Assembly: GCA_043228905.1 (NCBI GenBank)
Contig: JBHGNT010000007.1
Location: forward strand, 7,192,001-7,256,000
Length of the DNA stretch: 64,000 nt
Direction: 5' to 3'
From: Azolla caroliniana
Taxonomy: Eukaryota > Plantae > Polypodiophyta
Below are positions 1 to 13,125 of this stretch, piece by piece. The position numbers and the translations under genes were made by a program. The notes under the pieces were generated by a model. The model did not search any database, was not told where the DNA came from, and saw only the letters and a program-made list of their open reading frames with translations. How positions within the stretch are numbered: position 1 is the first letter of the stretch; each line of letters starts with the position of its first letter.

Positions 1-520
1 TGAGGTCAAGTCGTGTGATGGTTAGGTAGATGAGGCTGCCGATCAATTGGCGATATTGAGTTGGCTCGCACTCAGCTGTGCCGGAATCGACATCGAGATT
101 GAGATTACGGTCAAGAGGAGTAGACACAAGTTTGCACTCGGTCATTCCGAACTTGTAGAGTAAGTTGAGAACGCGGTGTTGTTGAGAGATCAGGATCCCG
201 TCTGGTGTCTGAATTACTTCGATGCCAAGTAATGGAGCTCCTGCATATCTTTCATTTCAAATATGTCGAATAGCAATGATTTCACTGTATTGACTTTGGC
301 TAGATTTAGTCCTCCGATTACCAAATCATCCACGTATAGGATGATGACAATTGGGTTGTTCGACTCGTTTTAGATGTACAAGGAGTTGTTCGATTTCAAC
401 ATTCGAAATCCGATTTGGTGAAGAGAGTGTGTGATCTTCGAATGCCAAGCACGCGGTGCTGGCTTAAGACCGTAGATCGGCTTCTTGCATCGACACATGG
501 CTTTTGGATGAGTATGTTTC
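1..520 (-). mobile_element. Degenerate Ty1/copia reverse transcriptase fragment
   Basis: Minus-strand translation gives copia RT motifs CRCKKPIYGLKPAPRAW and IILYVDDLVIGG, with stops and frameshifts; runs off the window start. Confidence 0.8.
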
Positions 521-2726
521 GACTCACTTAGGACTGCCATCATCACAAGAGATACATCATCGACATTCTTTGACTTAAAAAAGAAATGTTACTTGTGAAC
601 TGAACTATAGTGGACACAACAAACAGTTTGGTTGAGTAACCACACCTGCAATAATCTCAAAGAATGGGGAAGAAGAATATTATTTGACATGGTTAGCAAG
701 TGGAACATTGAAAGTGGATATTACATGTATTTACAACATGGAGTTGGATTGTTAGAAGTAGAATAATGATGACATTGATTCTATATATCACTAACTAAGC
801 TACTAGTTCCAACAAAAAAAAAGTTGTAACAAGTCATAGAATTAACTTTGTGACGACAAACACTAGAGGGTCTAATAAATGGCCTTCTGATCGGTGGACC
901 CTAACCAACTGAACCATGTGAAGAAGTGTAATGACTCAACTCACTTGAAGATCTTCACATGAAGTGGAGTGAAAGAATTGAATAGAATTGAGGTACAACA
1001 AAGTTAAACACCATTCAAAATCCACACTATGACCCCAACCATGAGTATTATATGTGAGCTTGGGAAGCCAATGACTCATTTGGTTCAAAGTGGATTTGAA
1101 AGAGGCTTTTGCACTCAACTAGTGCAACATGGATTCTCTTGTCAAGCATGACATGAATATGCTCAACCGGCATAACTTGGATTCGCTTGATTATCCACTT
1201 GCCTAGTATGTCATGAAAATGCTTCACAATCTGTTTGCTTGACATAACATGAATACTCTTGGAAATTTTCTTGTTTGGCACAAGAAAGAGCTTGATCAGC
1301 CTAACCAAGTTGATGATACACTCAATAGCTCACTTGTTTGGTGTAATTGAGGGCCCGTTCAAAGACTTCCTCAAATTGGTGTGGCAAACATATGGGATCC
1401 ATGCCTCATGAATCCTTGGCCATACATGGATGCTAATAAACATGCCACAAGTTATGATGTTGTCTTTAATGATACATTCATAAATAACAAAGCCTCAACA
1501 ATGCATCATATCTTAATGTTGAATTGGTCACAACCCTCATGACAATAGATACATTGTTCCATACAATGAATCTCATAAACCAAATCCTAATGAGTAACCT
1601 CAAAGAATTACAAAATGTGGTAAAATCGTTGTACAAACAAGTGATGAATAAAGGGATTAAACAACAATATCGATCATGTAGATGGCTCACCATGTCCAAG
1701 TTACCCAAAGACACTTGGATGAAGCCAATGCACTTTGTCTTTTATTAGCTCCATGATATCAACCAATGGATACCATATTTACTCATCCCATACATCATAC
1801 TTAACTTTTTGGTTTGTAAAACCATCTCAAGAATAAAAATTACTATCATTATCATGGATCTTTGAAGTAGAGTCTGTAAACATCAAATTTTATTCGTGAA
1901 GCTACAGTGTACAAGACTCTACTTCAAAGAAGAAATTCAGAAACTACACAAAAGGAGTTGGACAAATGTAACAAGATTCCTATGCCGTGATTTGGTGCCA
2001 AAAAAGCACGATAACATATTTGTTTTTCTTGGGCTATGAGTGATGAAAAAGCATGCTTTTTATCCATTCAAAACAAAACAAACTACACTTGAAGTTATTT
2101 GGGCATATTATCCTACAAATTGGCTCAACAAATGGAAAAATTTACACTATCTGTTGACAAGAAATGGATTTTGATGGGGAATCAGGTGTTATAAAAAATG
2201 GGAAACATTAGTGTGCTGGACTTACAAAGGGTAGAAATAAATCTGAACATCAACTGCCGCAATTGATCGAAAAGACATCTAAGGTTGGCTACTATCATGC
2301 ACACATAAAACAAGGATACTTTCCCTATAACATAAGCTTTTGTTATTTATTAGGTTTGAGAATGTTAGAATCTCTCCTTGGATACAGCATGAATAATATC
2401 TGTATGAATCACCTCACAATACACATATGATGTAATTTCCAATGGTTTTATCCACTCTGAAGTAGTTCAGTTTAAAGAGTAAATTACAATCCTGCATTCC
2501 CTAATTGTTGTATGAATTATATTTTTCTATCTTCTTACCCACTGAGTTCATATACTTCATTTCAAAAGAAACAGACATCAGCATGCTTCTTTTCACTACG
2601 CAAAATGCTTCGCACTACCACAGGCATCCTTTCATTGAAGCAAATTCATCCATGAATTATGTCTACTAAAATTTGAGCTATTTAAATAATTGCAAGCTAT
2701 CCATAAAATTAATAGCTTAACTCATG

Positions 2727-5700
2727 TCACCTCAGTGTCACATTCAACTTGGTTTGTACCTCCTGTCTCACTCGATCCTGAAATAAGTGATATTAGTGTG
2801 TATGCAAAGAAAGAATTGATCTTGACGTATGCTACAATGATTGAGCTAACCTGTAGTTGATTGATTTCATCATCAGTCAGTGATCGTTCCATAGATCGGT
2901 ATGCAATCCGAAAACAATTGCTTGTTAAACCTTCTTTATTTGTAAAACTGTCGATCAACTTCACCTGCATGTTCCAAAAAGTTTGTTAACCCCATGCTCA
3001 TCCCACAATAATCACTTTTTCATCAAAACCATAATGCATCTTGAAAGATGACCTCTTCAGCCAAGTCACCAGCAATGCCTCGAACAATTTCACACAGATT
3101 ATTCTCAGTAAACGAATCATTTATCCATAAACTGATGTCTTTGTAACAAGGAGGAAACTGGCAAGAAAAAAAAATCAATAGCCCTCATCATCTTTGAGCT
3201 TCCAAAAGTTTTCATAACATATTCGGTTCAAGAAATTGTGAAAACGAGCTTTTTGCCTGGTTAATAACTTGAATTGAAAAAAATATTAACACCAAATCTA
3301 CCTTAGAAAATGGTTTAAATTTTATACCAAGTTTTCCTGCTTTAAACTGGTTAAAAAATAAAGCTTAGTCAGAGAAACTCTAGTTGACATGCTATCCAAA
3401 GAATAAGTGAATGTCAATCTGTAGACTATACCTGAGTGACGAATCGTGGATCATGAGACCAAAACAATCGGATATCAGGAATATCAAATAGAACCATGGC
3501 GAGACGCTCAAGTCCTAAACCAAATGCCCATGAAACTGTTCCAGCTCTCCCATTGTTTTCCAAAATTGCAGCTTCAGTCACTCCACAACCTAGAACCTCC
3601 AGCCAGTCACCCTGATTGGGTAGTCTAAGAGAATAGATATGAGTTTCATTCTAAGTTGAAGTAACCAAGAAACCACACATATAGCAGTCAGTAGGTAAAT
3701 CCCTGTGATAAACAATAAATTGAATTCTATCTATTTCTATTGAAATGGACTCTCTTCTTCATTGTATTAACCAAAAATCATAGCTGCTTTATTGGGAAAG
3801 AAAAATGTTGGTTGTGTCTGATCTATCTAGCTTTATAAGACGGAAACAGTCTAGGCACTTGGATGTGCAACAAAACAACGTAGCTATTAGAATACCTAAT
3901 TTGATTTTTTCACAAGCATTCCTGCCTAAATCGAAGTCGTTAAACACCATTTGTCCTAAATATTATCATAATTAAATGAATTGGAAAGCACTATTAGAAA
4001 GATTATGTCACTAATGAAGTCAGCTATGATATACCTGGAAAAATATTTCAAGCTCTAATGAAGGATTAGTAAATGGAAAGTAAGTGTCTACCCACCGAGT
4101 CTCAACATCACCTGCATCAAGTTAAATCAAACATCCAATGCTTATCTATAAAATAAGTGAAGACAAACTTTCTCCAGAATCTTCTCAGAAACGTAGTATG
4201 GATTTTCATATTCATAAAACGTCATGTTATGTAAAGAACAAGAAGTCATGAATAGCTTGATCTCACCAAATAATCGCTTTGCCAAACCCTCCAATGTTCC
4301 CTTCAGATCTTGGAGTGCAAACGTTGTGCCATCAACACCTGCTATTTCCCATTCTGCTGGAGTAAATACACGAAATCCCTCCATCTATAATATTTTCAAA
4401 GAAGTTACCATGTGGTGTAAAAACATGAAATTTGAAAACTGAAATTCATAAATTAAGGCAAACCTGATGAAAAACAGGATAATGTGTAGAATCTATGGAA
4501 TCTCTGCGATACACATCACCAGTCACAAGAAAATGAGTGAATCCATTCCTTAACGTCTCTGCCTGATGTGCACTAGTGTGGGTTCTCAAAACAGTATCAG
4601 AATTTATATAGTAAGTGTCATTGTAGCTTCGGCTAACATGATCCGGTGGAACTAAAACATCATCAAAATTCTATCATACAAAAAAGAATATATCCATCAG
4701 CAAAAGGAGCAAATTTTGGTGTAGATGATATCAATTGCATGAGAATTGGAAGACAGAACTTACAGCTTTAGCAGAGACAATAGGGCTAATGTTATCAAGC
4801 TTCTGATACAACCCTGGAGATTTCTCATCAAAATATCTGTAAATCTCATTCTTCAGAATACCAAGGGGATGATCATCTCGCCTATGCAAAAAGAGCCCCA
4901 TCTTGGAGAAAATTGAATCAGGTACATTATTACTTGGATCACCATCCTTCACAACCGCTGATAACAAAATGTAATGTGAATTAGATACAATTAGACATAA
5001 AAACAGTAACTTCGAAGACTAGTTTGCGAACAGTAACAAAGTAAATATGGTGAATGGACTTGACATTCAAGTGAAGCACGATATGAAGTAGAAATTCTAG
5101 TGATCCTCGTACTAGTATAAAGAATGTAGGATTACTAGTTGGTGAGGTTCTTGTATTTTGCTGAAAATACAAATTTTATACATACTCCATTCACAAGCAT
5201 TGGTACTCAAATGCATCCTATGATGGGTGTATGCATATAAATCTGTACAAGATGACCTCCACATTCAATAAAAGCATAACACAGTCAATGGAAATGTTTG
5301 TAATCATTGTGCTTGATATCAAATATGTCATATTACTAATAGTACAGTTCTTTGTCAAAAGCAAAAGGTTTAATCTATATGCATCTTTCATTTGCAATTT
5401 CTTGAAATGTATCTTATAATGTATTATTATAAATGTCCATGTAGCATGTACCTATGGTAGATGAAGACCTTCACATCCAATTTAATCATAATAACAACAA
5501 GGATAAATTGACAAAATACTCCAGTTTACTTTTCTATAAGTCAAAATACCTTAAACTTTTGAGGAATAGTTAGAATACCCCTTCTTCCCAAACAAGAAAA
5601 GGAATGGAATACAGAAGCTTTTGGTGTCACATTTTCAGCATCATTCTAGCACTATACTAGATATTTGAGCTTCAGCGGCCTTCTTGCATCTGAGAAGCAC

Positions 5701-8700
5701 TACAATTTTGGAGCACCATCTGAGACTTTTTGAGGTCTTGTTATAGACGTATGCACATCTTCCCTCAAACAAACATGCATTTTCTTTCCTCAAACAAATT
5801 TGCACGTTCAATTCTTCCCTAGATTCCTCAAGACTTAATCTAATAGAAGTGGCTTCCCAAGACTTGATCTCATAGATATTGTAGTTGCTACAAAAAAAGA
5901 ATTTTATTCAGTTCTCAAATTGCTAATGGAATATTCACGGTACATGCTATTGGATTAAACACTGAAACCATTGTGGTGATATCCAACAAGTGTAGATGCA
6001 AATTGCAATGCAAGGACTGAGAAAGTTCTTGGAATTTTTCTTCTATAATCAACAGAGAGGTTTGAGATGTGAATTCATATAGTGCAAAAACTTTATCTCA
6101 ATCTAATGCAAACGTAAGGCAAGTATTTTATCATGTCCAGTTCTTTGCATTTAATTATCAATGGTAGCAAGGCAATAAGAAATAACCTTCCTATGGCATA
6201 AATATCAGTAGTGCAAAGTAAATCATGTCAAGCTCTCTGCATTCTCACTATCAATGACAGCTAAGAGAATAAGAAATAAATTTCCTTTAGCATCAACACC
6301 AGTAGCACAGTGTAAATGCCCAAGATACTTACTATTCAAAAAAGTGGTCTGTGAACTCACAAATCGTTTGCAACTCTGAACTCCACTCAATAAAGTCTAT
6401 AAAGATGTCCTTGGCAACATTCAATAACTTAACTTCCTAAATTGATTTCCTTCAAAATTGCAAAAATCATTGTTGTAAAATACTTAGCATAAAATACGTG
6501 TAGAATACGTATTCTAAGTATTCTAACTTTTTTTTAAATACTTAGAATATATATTTTATAGATAAAATATGTTAAATACATTAAAAACGTTAAATACTTA
6601 GAATACGTGTAGAATACTTAGAATACTTGTAGAATACTTGTAGAATACTTGTAGAATACTTAGATTACATGTAGAATACTTAGAATACATGTAGAATACT
6701 TGTAAAATACGTTAAATACTTATTGAATTTTAAAGGTTTTTTTTCAAAAAAATTTAAAATTAATTTTTTTTATTGAAATGATAAATATTTGTTAAACACG
6801 TAGAATATGTAGAATACATCAAATTTTTAGAATATGTAGAATACGTCAAATTTTTAAAAACGGCAGTTCTAAAACGTAGAATACATCAGAGTATTCTAAA
6901 ACATACTCTAAACAAAGAATACGCGTTTTTTAACAACTATGGCAAAAATGCATACTTAGCATTCAAAAAGGTGGCCTCTACACAAATTGTTTGTAACTCT
7001 GAACTCCACTAAATAAAGTCTATAAAGATGTGCTTGGCAACATTCAATAACTTACCTTCCTAAATTGACTTCCTTCAAAATTGCAAAAATGCATGCAATT
7101 TAAGGTATACTTTTTCATATCCTCCATTGATCATGTTGAAGGCCAACTCTTCAGCTTTGTAAGCAACTAGGTCCAAAAGAATGACACGTGTTCGCTATGA
7201 AAATCATCAATTGATTCAATATAGTTCTGTAAAATTCTCTATATCTATCCTTGCTGAAGGAGCCTTTTTATTGCCCAAATTGCTGAACACCACGACAAAA
7301 GTTATTTCCAATACACAAATTTCACATATTAGAACAATATGGATTACAGAAGCAAGTCAATTCCAAGAACATTCTAAGTCTTTGCATTGCAACCTGTATC
7401 CACACTTGCTGGACTTCACCACAACGGATCCAGTGTCTGATGCAATAGAATGTACCTTAGCAACATTCTTTGGATCAAGCAGGGAATCAAATTGGTTTCC
7501 TTTTTCCAGTTCAATCACCAATTGAAGAAGTAAAAAATTCCTTTTCTATAGCGATTACAATATCTATAAACTCAATTCTTGAGGAAGCCACTTCTGTTAG
7601 ATTAAGCCTTGAGCAATTGATAGAGGAATTGAAAATGTATGTTTGTTTGAGGGAAGAAAAGGTGCATATGCTTGTAGCAAGACCTGAAACAATCTCAGAT
7701 GGTGCTCCAAAACTGGTGGTGATGGTGCTCAGATGCAAGAAGGGTTTTGAAATTGGTGATGCAGTGCTAAAATGATGCTGAAATTATGGCACCAAAAGCT
7801 TATATGTTCCCTTAGTTCTTGTTGTTTGGGAAAAGGGGTATTCTAACCATTGCTCAGAAGTTTAGGGCATTTTAACAAATAGAAAAGTGAAGTGGGGTAT
7901 TTTGACAATTTACCCTCAGGACAATGAATTTCCCCTGGTATCAAGGATGAAAAATTATTAGTTTCTTTTCCATGGATAAAGAGAGCAAACCATGAAAAGA
8001 TTTAGACTAATGGCTAATTCAAAGAATTATTTCTGTTTCAAAGAAATTTCCAAGTAAAACTTCTTCCTTTCCATTACAGAGAAATAACTATAATAAATTG
8101 TGGTAAAAAACAACAAATTATCTACTTCTTTTCCATTTCTGTAAAGGATGAATTAAAATAACTTTGTGCTTCAAAACATTTTCTTCCTGTCCATGGAGTG
8201 AAGATAAAGTATAAAGAAGAGTACAATGATATACAGAGAAATAAACAAAGGCATGAAGTTTCAAAGTGATTCAAAGAACTTTCCAGGTACAAACACCTTC
8301 CTTTCCATGAGAAGAAGATAGAAAACCATGAAGACATTTATAAAAAATTCTGATTCAAAGGAGTTAATAATTATGTAAAGTATAGATCAAATATACAAGA
8401 TTTCTGATTCAATACAGTTTCCAAAGTATGAACACCTTCAATTCCATGTAAAGAAGATAGCAAACCATCAAAAGATTTACAAATATTTACAAATATTTCG
8501 GATTCAAAGGAGTTTCCAGGTATGAAAATCTTTCTTTTCATGAAATGTACAAAGAAATAAACAAAGCCAAAGGTAAGAACAAATCATATACAAAGAATTA
8601 AACAGATACAAACATTCTCTGGATTGAAGAGAGCATAACATAAAGAAAAATGCAATGACAGAAGCGCAATAAACTGTGATAAAAATGATAGACCAGTATG

Positions 8701-9127
8701 AAATTTTGGAAGCATGTAAATTTCTTTCTTTCAAGGAAGTGAATACAGAAAACTTAAAGAAATATAGAAGTATTCCAAGTTCAAAGATCATTTCAGTAAT
8801 CTAGAGTGTAAATATCCTCGTTCCCGTGGAATGAAGACATCTAAAACATAGAGAAATGCCTAGAAACAAAGAAACAAAGTCATGATCTTCCTTCACAAAC
8901 TAAATGGATTACCCGAAATATATACAATTCAGTTTCAGGGGAGAAGCACCTTCTCTTGGTAACTTGAAATCTCCTGTTTGGGAAGTCAAAGAGAAGCGAG
9001 AAAACCTCTGTACATTATAGTTGCTATTCCTGGGAATGGAATTTTCTTGCGTGGAGAAGATGTATCGACGAACTGTGAAGAAGGATGTGGACCGCTGAAG
9101 AAGAGAAGGACGACGAAGGGAAGCCAT
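2727..9127 (-). CDS. PheRS: Phenylalanine--tRNA ligase, organellar (chloroplast/mitochondrial monomeric type), 10 exons, 422 aa
   Basis: Exons (minus): 9127-8950, 4957-4764, 4670-4464, 4384-4267, 4111-4035, 3611-3432, 3346-3302, 3157-3053, 2964-2851, 2777-2727; all introns GT-AG, phases consistent, 1269 nt total. Motifs [87 protein letters not shown] and a C-terminal FDX-ACB domain match plant organellar PheRS. Exon 1 ([17 protein letters not shown]...) is R/S-rich and transit-peptide-like. Confidence 0.95.
6320..7090 (+). repeat. Pair of ~145-bp direct repeats (6320-6467, 6945-7090) separated by the hAT MITE
   Basis: Both copies contain AACTCTGAACTCCACT..AATAAAGTCTATAAAGATGT..TTGGCAACATTCAATAACTTA..TTCCTTCAAAATTGCAAAAAT. 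Confidence 0.85.
6468..6941. mobile_element. hAT-family MITE nested in the MULE-like element
   Basis: Perfect 8-bp TSD GCAAAAAT (6460-6467 and 6942-6949); imperfect TIRs CATTGTTGTAAAATAC / rc CATAGTTGTTAAAAAC; interior built from TAGAATAC subrepeats. Confidence 0.85.
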
Positions 9128-9259
9128 GGGCGAGAGCTCAGCTAGCTCCTTCTTCGTCTCTATTCGGTGCTCTCTTTTCTCTGTGTTTATTATATTTCCT
9201 GAAATGCCCCTCTCCAATTATTAGACCATTCGACCTGCATCTTCTCTACTCTCCCAAAT

Positions 9260-9600
9260 GCCCTTAGGGTTTTGACAATTTCCCACATACCCTCGAATCA
9301 CCTACAAGGAAGGAGCAAACAAAAAACTTGAGTGATATTTCCTCTTTACTTATTCAGGCCATGCCTCTCTCTTTCTCTTTTAATGTTACAGTTGGGCTTA
9401 TTTCTCTAAACCCTAAACTCTTATTTCTCTTCTGAGAACTCTCTTCTATACAATGTTATAGTTGGGCGTATATACTCAAGCCCTAACTTGGGAACGTATT
9501 CACATTAGAGATACACATTGGGTGGTGTGGACCTTTTATGCCAACAAACTCCCTCGTAAAAAGACTACTCTACATGAGTATACAATTTGTATTGGGCTTA
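9260..9600 (-). promoter_or_regulatory. Putative PheRS promoter with telo-boxes and site II motifs
   Basis: Telo-box AAACCCTAA at 9264-9272 (minus) and 9408-9416 (plus); TGGGCT site II motifs at 9393 and 9593. This pairing is typical of plant translation-machinery and organellar-protein genes. Confidence 0.5.
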
Positions 9601-9809
9601 TCTCCCTCGTAAACCTAGATTACAATTACAATTGTATAAATACAAGTTGATCGGCTTATGGCCAAATCGGCAGAGATGAAGTCTAAGTCTAGCCTAATTC
9701 AGCTAGTTCTCTGGATCATGTATTGTTCGGATAGGCTTGTCCGGTTTGGCTGGATTGCCTAGTTCTTCTGGATCAGATCGAGTCTGGTTCTGACTTTCGG
9801 CCTCTAGTC

Positions 9810-10283
9810 TGTTGGAAATAGTGCTCGGCCACAACCGAGTCTCAATCACACAATGGACGAAGTAGGAAATAATACAATAGATAGAATGCACTTACGCACA
9901 AAATATGAGACGACACAAAATGTTAACGTTGAAAACCCTAATCGGGAAAAACCACAGGACTTCTCAAAACTCCGAACATGGTCACTATAAGGAGGAGGTA
10001 TTATAGCAAGAGTCACAGACGCAACAACCTCGAGCTCTTTATCTTCACCAGCCGGCGGTTACACACAAAAACAACTTTCTGTATCTCTCTCTCTCTCTCT
10101 CTTTGTGTATCCAACAACAAGAACAACAACAAAACCAATTTGCCCTAAGTTATATTTATACTTATATAACTTGCGGGCTATTTACAAATATGGCCTCAAC
10201 ACCACATAAGAAACATATTTACAAATCCGTCTCTCTTCACAGTTCATACTGAATCCAGTAGTTTGGTGAGGACTAACCTAACA
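9810..10283 (-). mobile_element. Copia-type LTR (same family as the LTRs at 16941 and 38782)
   Basis: TG..CA ends (TGTTGG...CCTAACA). Shares CTCGGCCACAACCGAG, GAAAACCC..GGGAAAAACCAC and TTGCCCTAAGT..GCTATTTACAAATAT blocks with the solo LTR at 38782-39741. No clean TSD. Confidence 0.65.
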
Positions 10284-10345
10284 TGTCGAGTATGTTCCTT
10301 GATGTTCGAAGAGAAGACCAAGATATCATCTAGATAGATCACATC
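10284..10345 (-). mobile_element. Tiny Ty3/gypsy RT remnant
   Basis: Minus strand reads VIYLDDILVFSSNIKEH (YLDD catalytic motif). Confidence 0.6.
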
Positions 10346-10571
10346 ATTCCACCCTTTCATGACAGTTTGTTCACCTTGATTACAATCAAGGTGCACCCCA
10401 ATATATTATACAAGAATGTGGAGGTATGCATGAAAGCTAGAAGACTTCTAGAGAGTGCATGGAAACTTCCAAAGCGTGCATGAAGATGCATTCTCTACAA
10501 GGTTCTTGAAAGTTCTAGTGATCAATCGATAATGAAATAAGTTGAATCTTATATAATACAATAATGTATAA

Positions 10572-10641
10572 ATGCATGTAGCTCAATTGGTAAGGTTGCC
10601 CAATAAGACTTGAAGGTCATGGGTTCAACCCCCACCATTCC
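10572..10641 (+). other. tRNA-derived sequence (SINE head or tRNA pseudogene)
   Basis: Pol III A-box TAGCTCAATTGG (10579-10590) and B-box GGTTCAACCCC (10622-10632) at tRNA-like spacing; no intact acceptor or anticodon stems. Confidence 0.6.
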
Positions 10642-10656
10642 ATGTGGCATTTTGTC

Positions 10657-13120
10657 TATGAGAAAAGCCCAGGTTGGGATGGCATTATGAATGAGTTTTG
10701 TAAAGCCTTTGTATCAGAACTCAAAGCTCCTCTAACAATGATATTCCAAGAAATTTGGAGTTTCGGTAAAATGCCTGATTCATGGAAAGTTGTTTTTGTT
10801 AAACTTATACCAAAAGTTGCATCTCCTATACCTTTTGCTCAATGGAGACCGATATCATTAATGGGTGGGATGTATAAGATTTTTGCCAAAGTAATTGCAA
10901 ATAGACTTCAAAAGGTGTTGTCATCTGTGGTCCATCCAATGCAATATGGGTTTATTGAGGGAAGGGACATCCTACATAATATTTAAAATGTGCAAATGGT
11001 AGTGGATTATGCAAAGGAATCCAAACAACATATTGTAATGATACAACTCGACATCGAGAAGGCATATGATCATGTAAGTTGGTCTTTTATTTCTCAACTT
11101 ATGTCTCATATGGGTTTTGGGGAAAGGATGTCTTGAATATCATTGTTGGGGGGATTAGGTGCAGTGTCACACATTGTATTAAATGGTGGAGTTGCTAAGG
11201 CAATACCATTGAAAAGATCACTTAGACAAGGATGCCCATTGAGTCCATTATTATTTGCAATTGCTACAGACCCGATTTGGGTGAAGATGCATGAGTTGGC
11301 AAAACGTGGGGAAATAGTTGGATTAGCTCAACCATCAGGGAAACAATTGATCGCCCAAGCATTGGCTGATGATTCATTTTTATTTCTGAAATCAACACTT
11401 GATAACATGGCTAAAGCCATTGAGGTGTGGAATGTGTTCTCATTAGCGTACGGATTACATATAAATATGCAAAAGTCGATGCTCATTAGATGCACTGACA
11501 ATGATTTGGTTGATCTTGAATGGGGTGGCCAAATAATAGATCAAGGGAGTGTGTGTCAACACTTAGGTTACCCTATTGGTGTTGATGTCTCATCATCACA
11601 AAGTTTGAATTGGATATTGGGAACCATTTTGGACAAATTTATGTATTGGAGGTCTCAGGCACGACCGTTTAGTATTCATCTCAAAGTGGTACAAGCTATA
11701 ATGATTCCAATGATTTCTTATTTTTTGTCATTGTTACCGTGGACAAAGAAATCACTTGATCATTTAGCTCGTTCACCTAAATGTACACTATGGAAGAAAG
11801 AAACAAACCTTGGTATGAGTTGGGTATCATGGAACAATATTTGCACCCCAAAATGGTTAGGGGGTGCTGCTTTACTAAATTTAGAAGATCATATGGTGCC
11901 TCGAAGATTCAATCTTTTGAAAGGTATGTGCATAGGTACCCAACCTTGGGCAGAGATAATTACCTATTTTGTGGAAAAGGTTGGTATTTACTATGGGAAA
12001 ACGAGAATTACAGCTTCGTGGTGGCATGTGGTTAATAGTACTCGGCAATTTAAGTGTTCAGGATCTATTATGGTTCAACAATTGGTGCTTTCTTGGCAAC
12101 GGTGTTTAAATTTGTTTAATTGGAGACCTCATGAGTGCAGAAAAGATATAAATTCATTGGCAACAAAGGTGTTGGCAGCTTCAAGGATATTACACTGGGA
12201 TGGAAAAGAAAGTCTAAATTCACAATTCAATTGAATGGCAAGGCTAGGCTTGGTAACTGTGGAAGATAGCATTTTAGAGTTACGTAGGAAAATGATGGCC
12301 TTTCGGACAATCAAACATAAGTTTCATATACCACGTGGATATGGGTATATTTGGCAATCAATATTGGCATTGCCTAGATTAGTTTTCCCAATTCTAGAGT
12401 TGGTGGTCGAGGAACCATGGAAAGATTGGTCATTTGGTAATGGGAAATCGATTCATGTGGTGCACACTAATGATGTGTACCATAAGTTGGTTGAAGATAG
12501 AGCTTGGTTAACAAATAAGGTTTTGGATACATGGCGCATTACTCGAAATGTGGAGTGGTGGTGTAGAGTTTTAGTTGTAGGGTGGCAGTCTCATCTTCCA
12601 TTTTGTGCAACGGTGTTTCTTTGGCGTGCCATAGTTGGTGGGTTGCCTTTGGCGATGGCCTTAAAACAAAGACATATTTCAAATGGGACATGTTCTTTTT
12701 GTACGGTGGTTGAAGAAGATGCCACACATAGGTTCATTACATGTTCGGTTTCTCAAGCCATTTGGGTGATTATGTCACAAATTTGGGCATCGATAACAGG
12801 AAATATTTTGTCACCTTATAAATGGGTTTTTTTATGGATGAGGATAAAGTTATGCCCACACCATCGTATAAGGTTGTTTTTTATTACCTTAGATATTGGG
12901 GGATGTGGTTTAATTGGACCATGGGAAATGGGTTCTTGTTTGATGGACTTCATGGGGTAACACAACAACTCCGTAGGATGAAAGGGAAATTGATTTGGGC
13001 AATTTTCACAACTATGTTGTATGGGGACGTTGTCCCAAGAGGAGATAGATAGACTTATGTCATCTAGGTTTACAACACTTGAGAGGGGACGTATGATGAG
13101 TAAGAATGGGTGATGGCATA
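10657..13120 (+). mobile_element. 5'-truncated, degenerate L1-type LINE ORF2 (RT + zf-RVT)
   Basis: [55 protein letters not shown] and CSFC..EEDATHRFITC motifs; in-frame stops at 10984, ~11135 and 12232, and a frameshift near 12825. Confidence 0.93.
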
Positions 13121-13125
13121 AAAGG

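Larger units (their letters stand above)
5501..7916. mobile_element. Non-autonomous Mutator-like/foldback element with ~600-bp diverged terminal inverted repeats, in PheRS intron 1
   Basis: 5501-~6095 aligns with the reverse complement of ~7295-7916 (e.g. GGATAAATTGACAAAATAC vs GGGTAAATTGTCAAAATAC; shared TTTTGGAGCACCATCTGAGA; GCAATGCAAGGACT vs GCAATGCAAAGACT). GG..CC termini. The candidate 9-bp TSD is degenerate (TAACAACAA/TCAGGACAA). Confidence 0.75.

Noticed and set aside
1524-1600. DNRYIVPYN, resembling a Helitron Rep motif
   Set aside because: A single short motif surrounded by stops; no other Rep or helicase motifs could be read.
7181-7775. ORFs of 114 and 101 aa in PheRS intron 1
   Set aside because: They lie largely within the inverted-repeat arm of the foldback element and show no recognisable domain.
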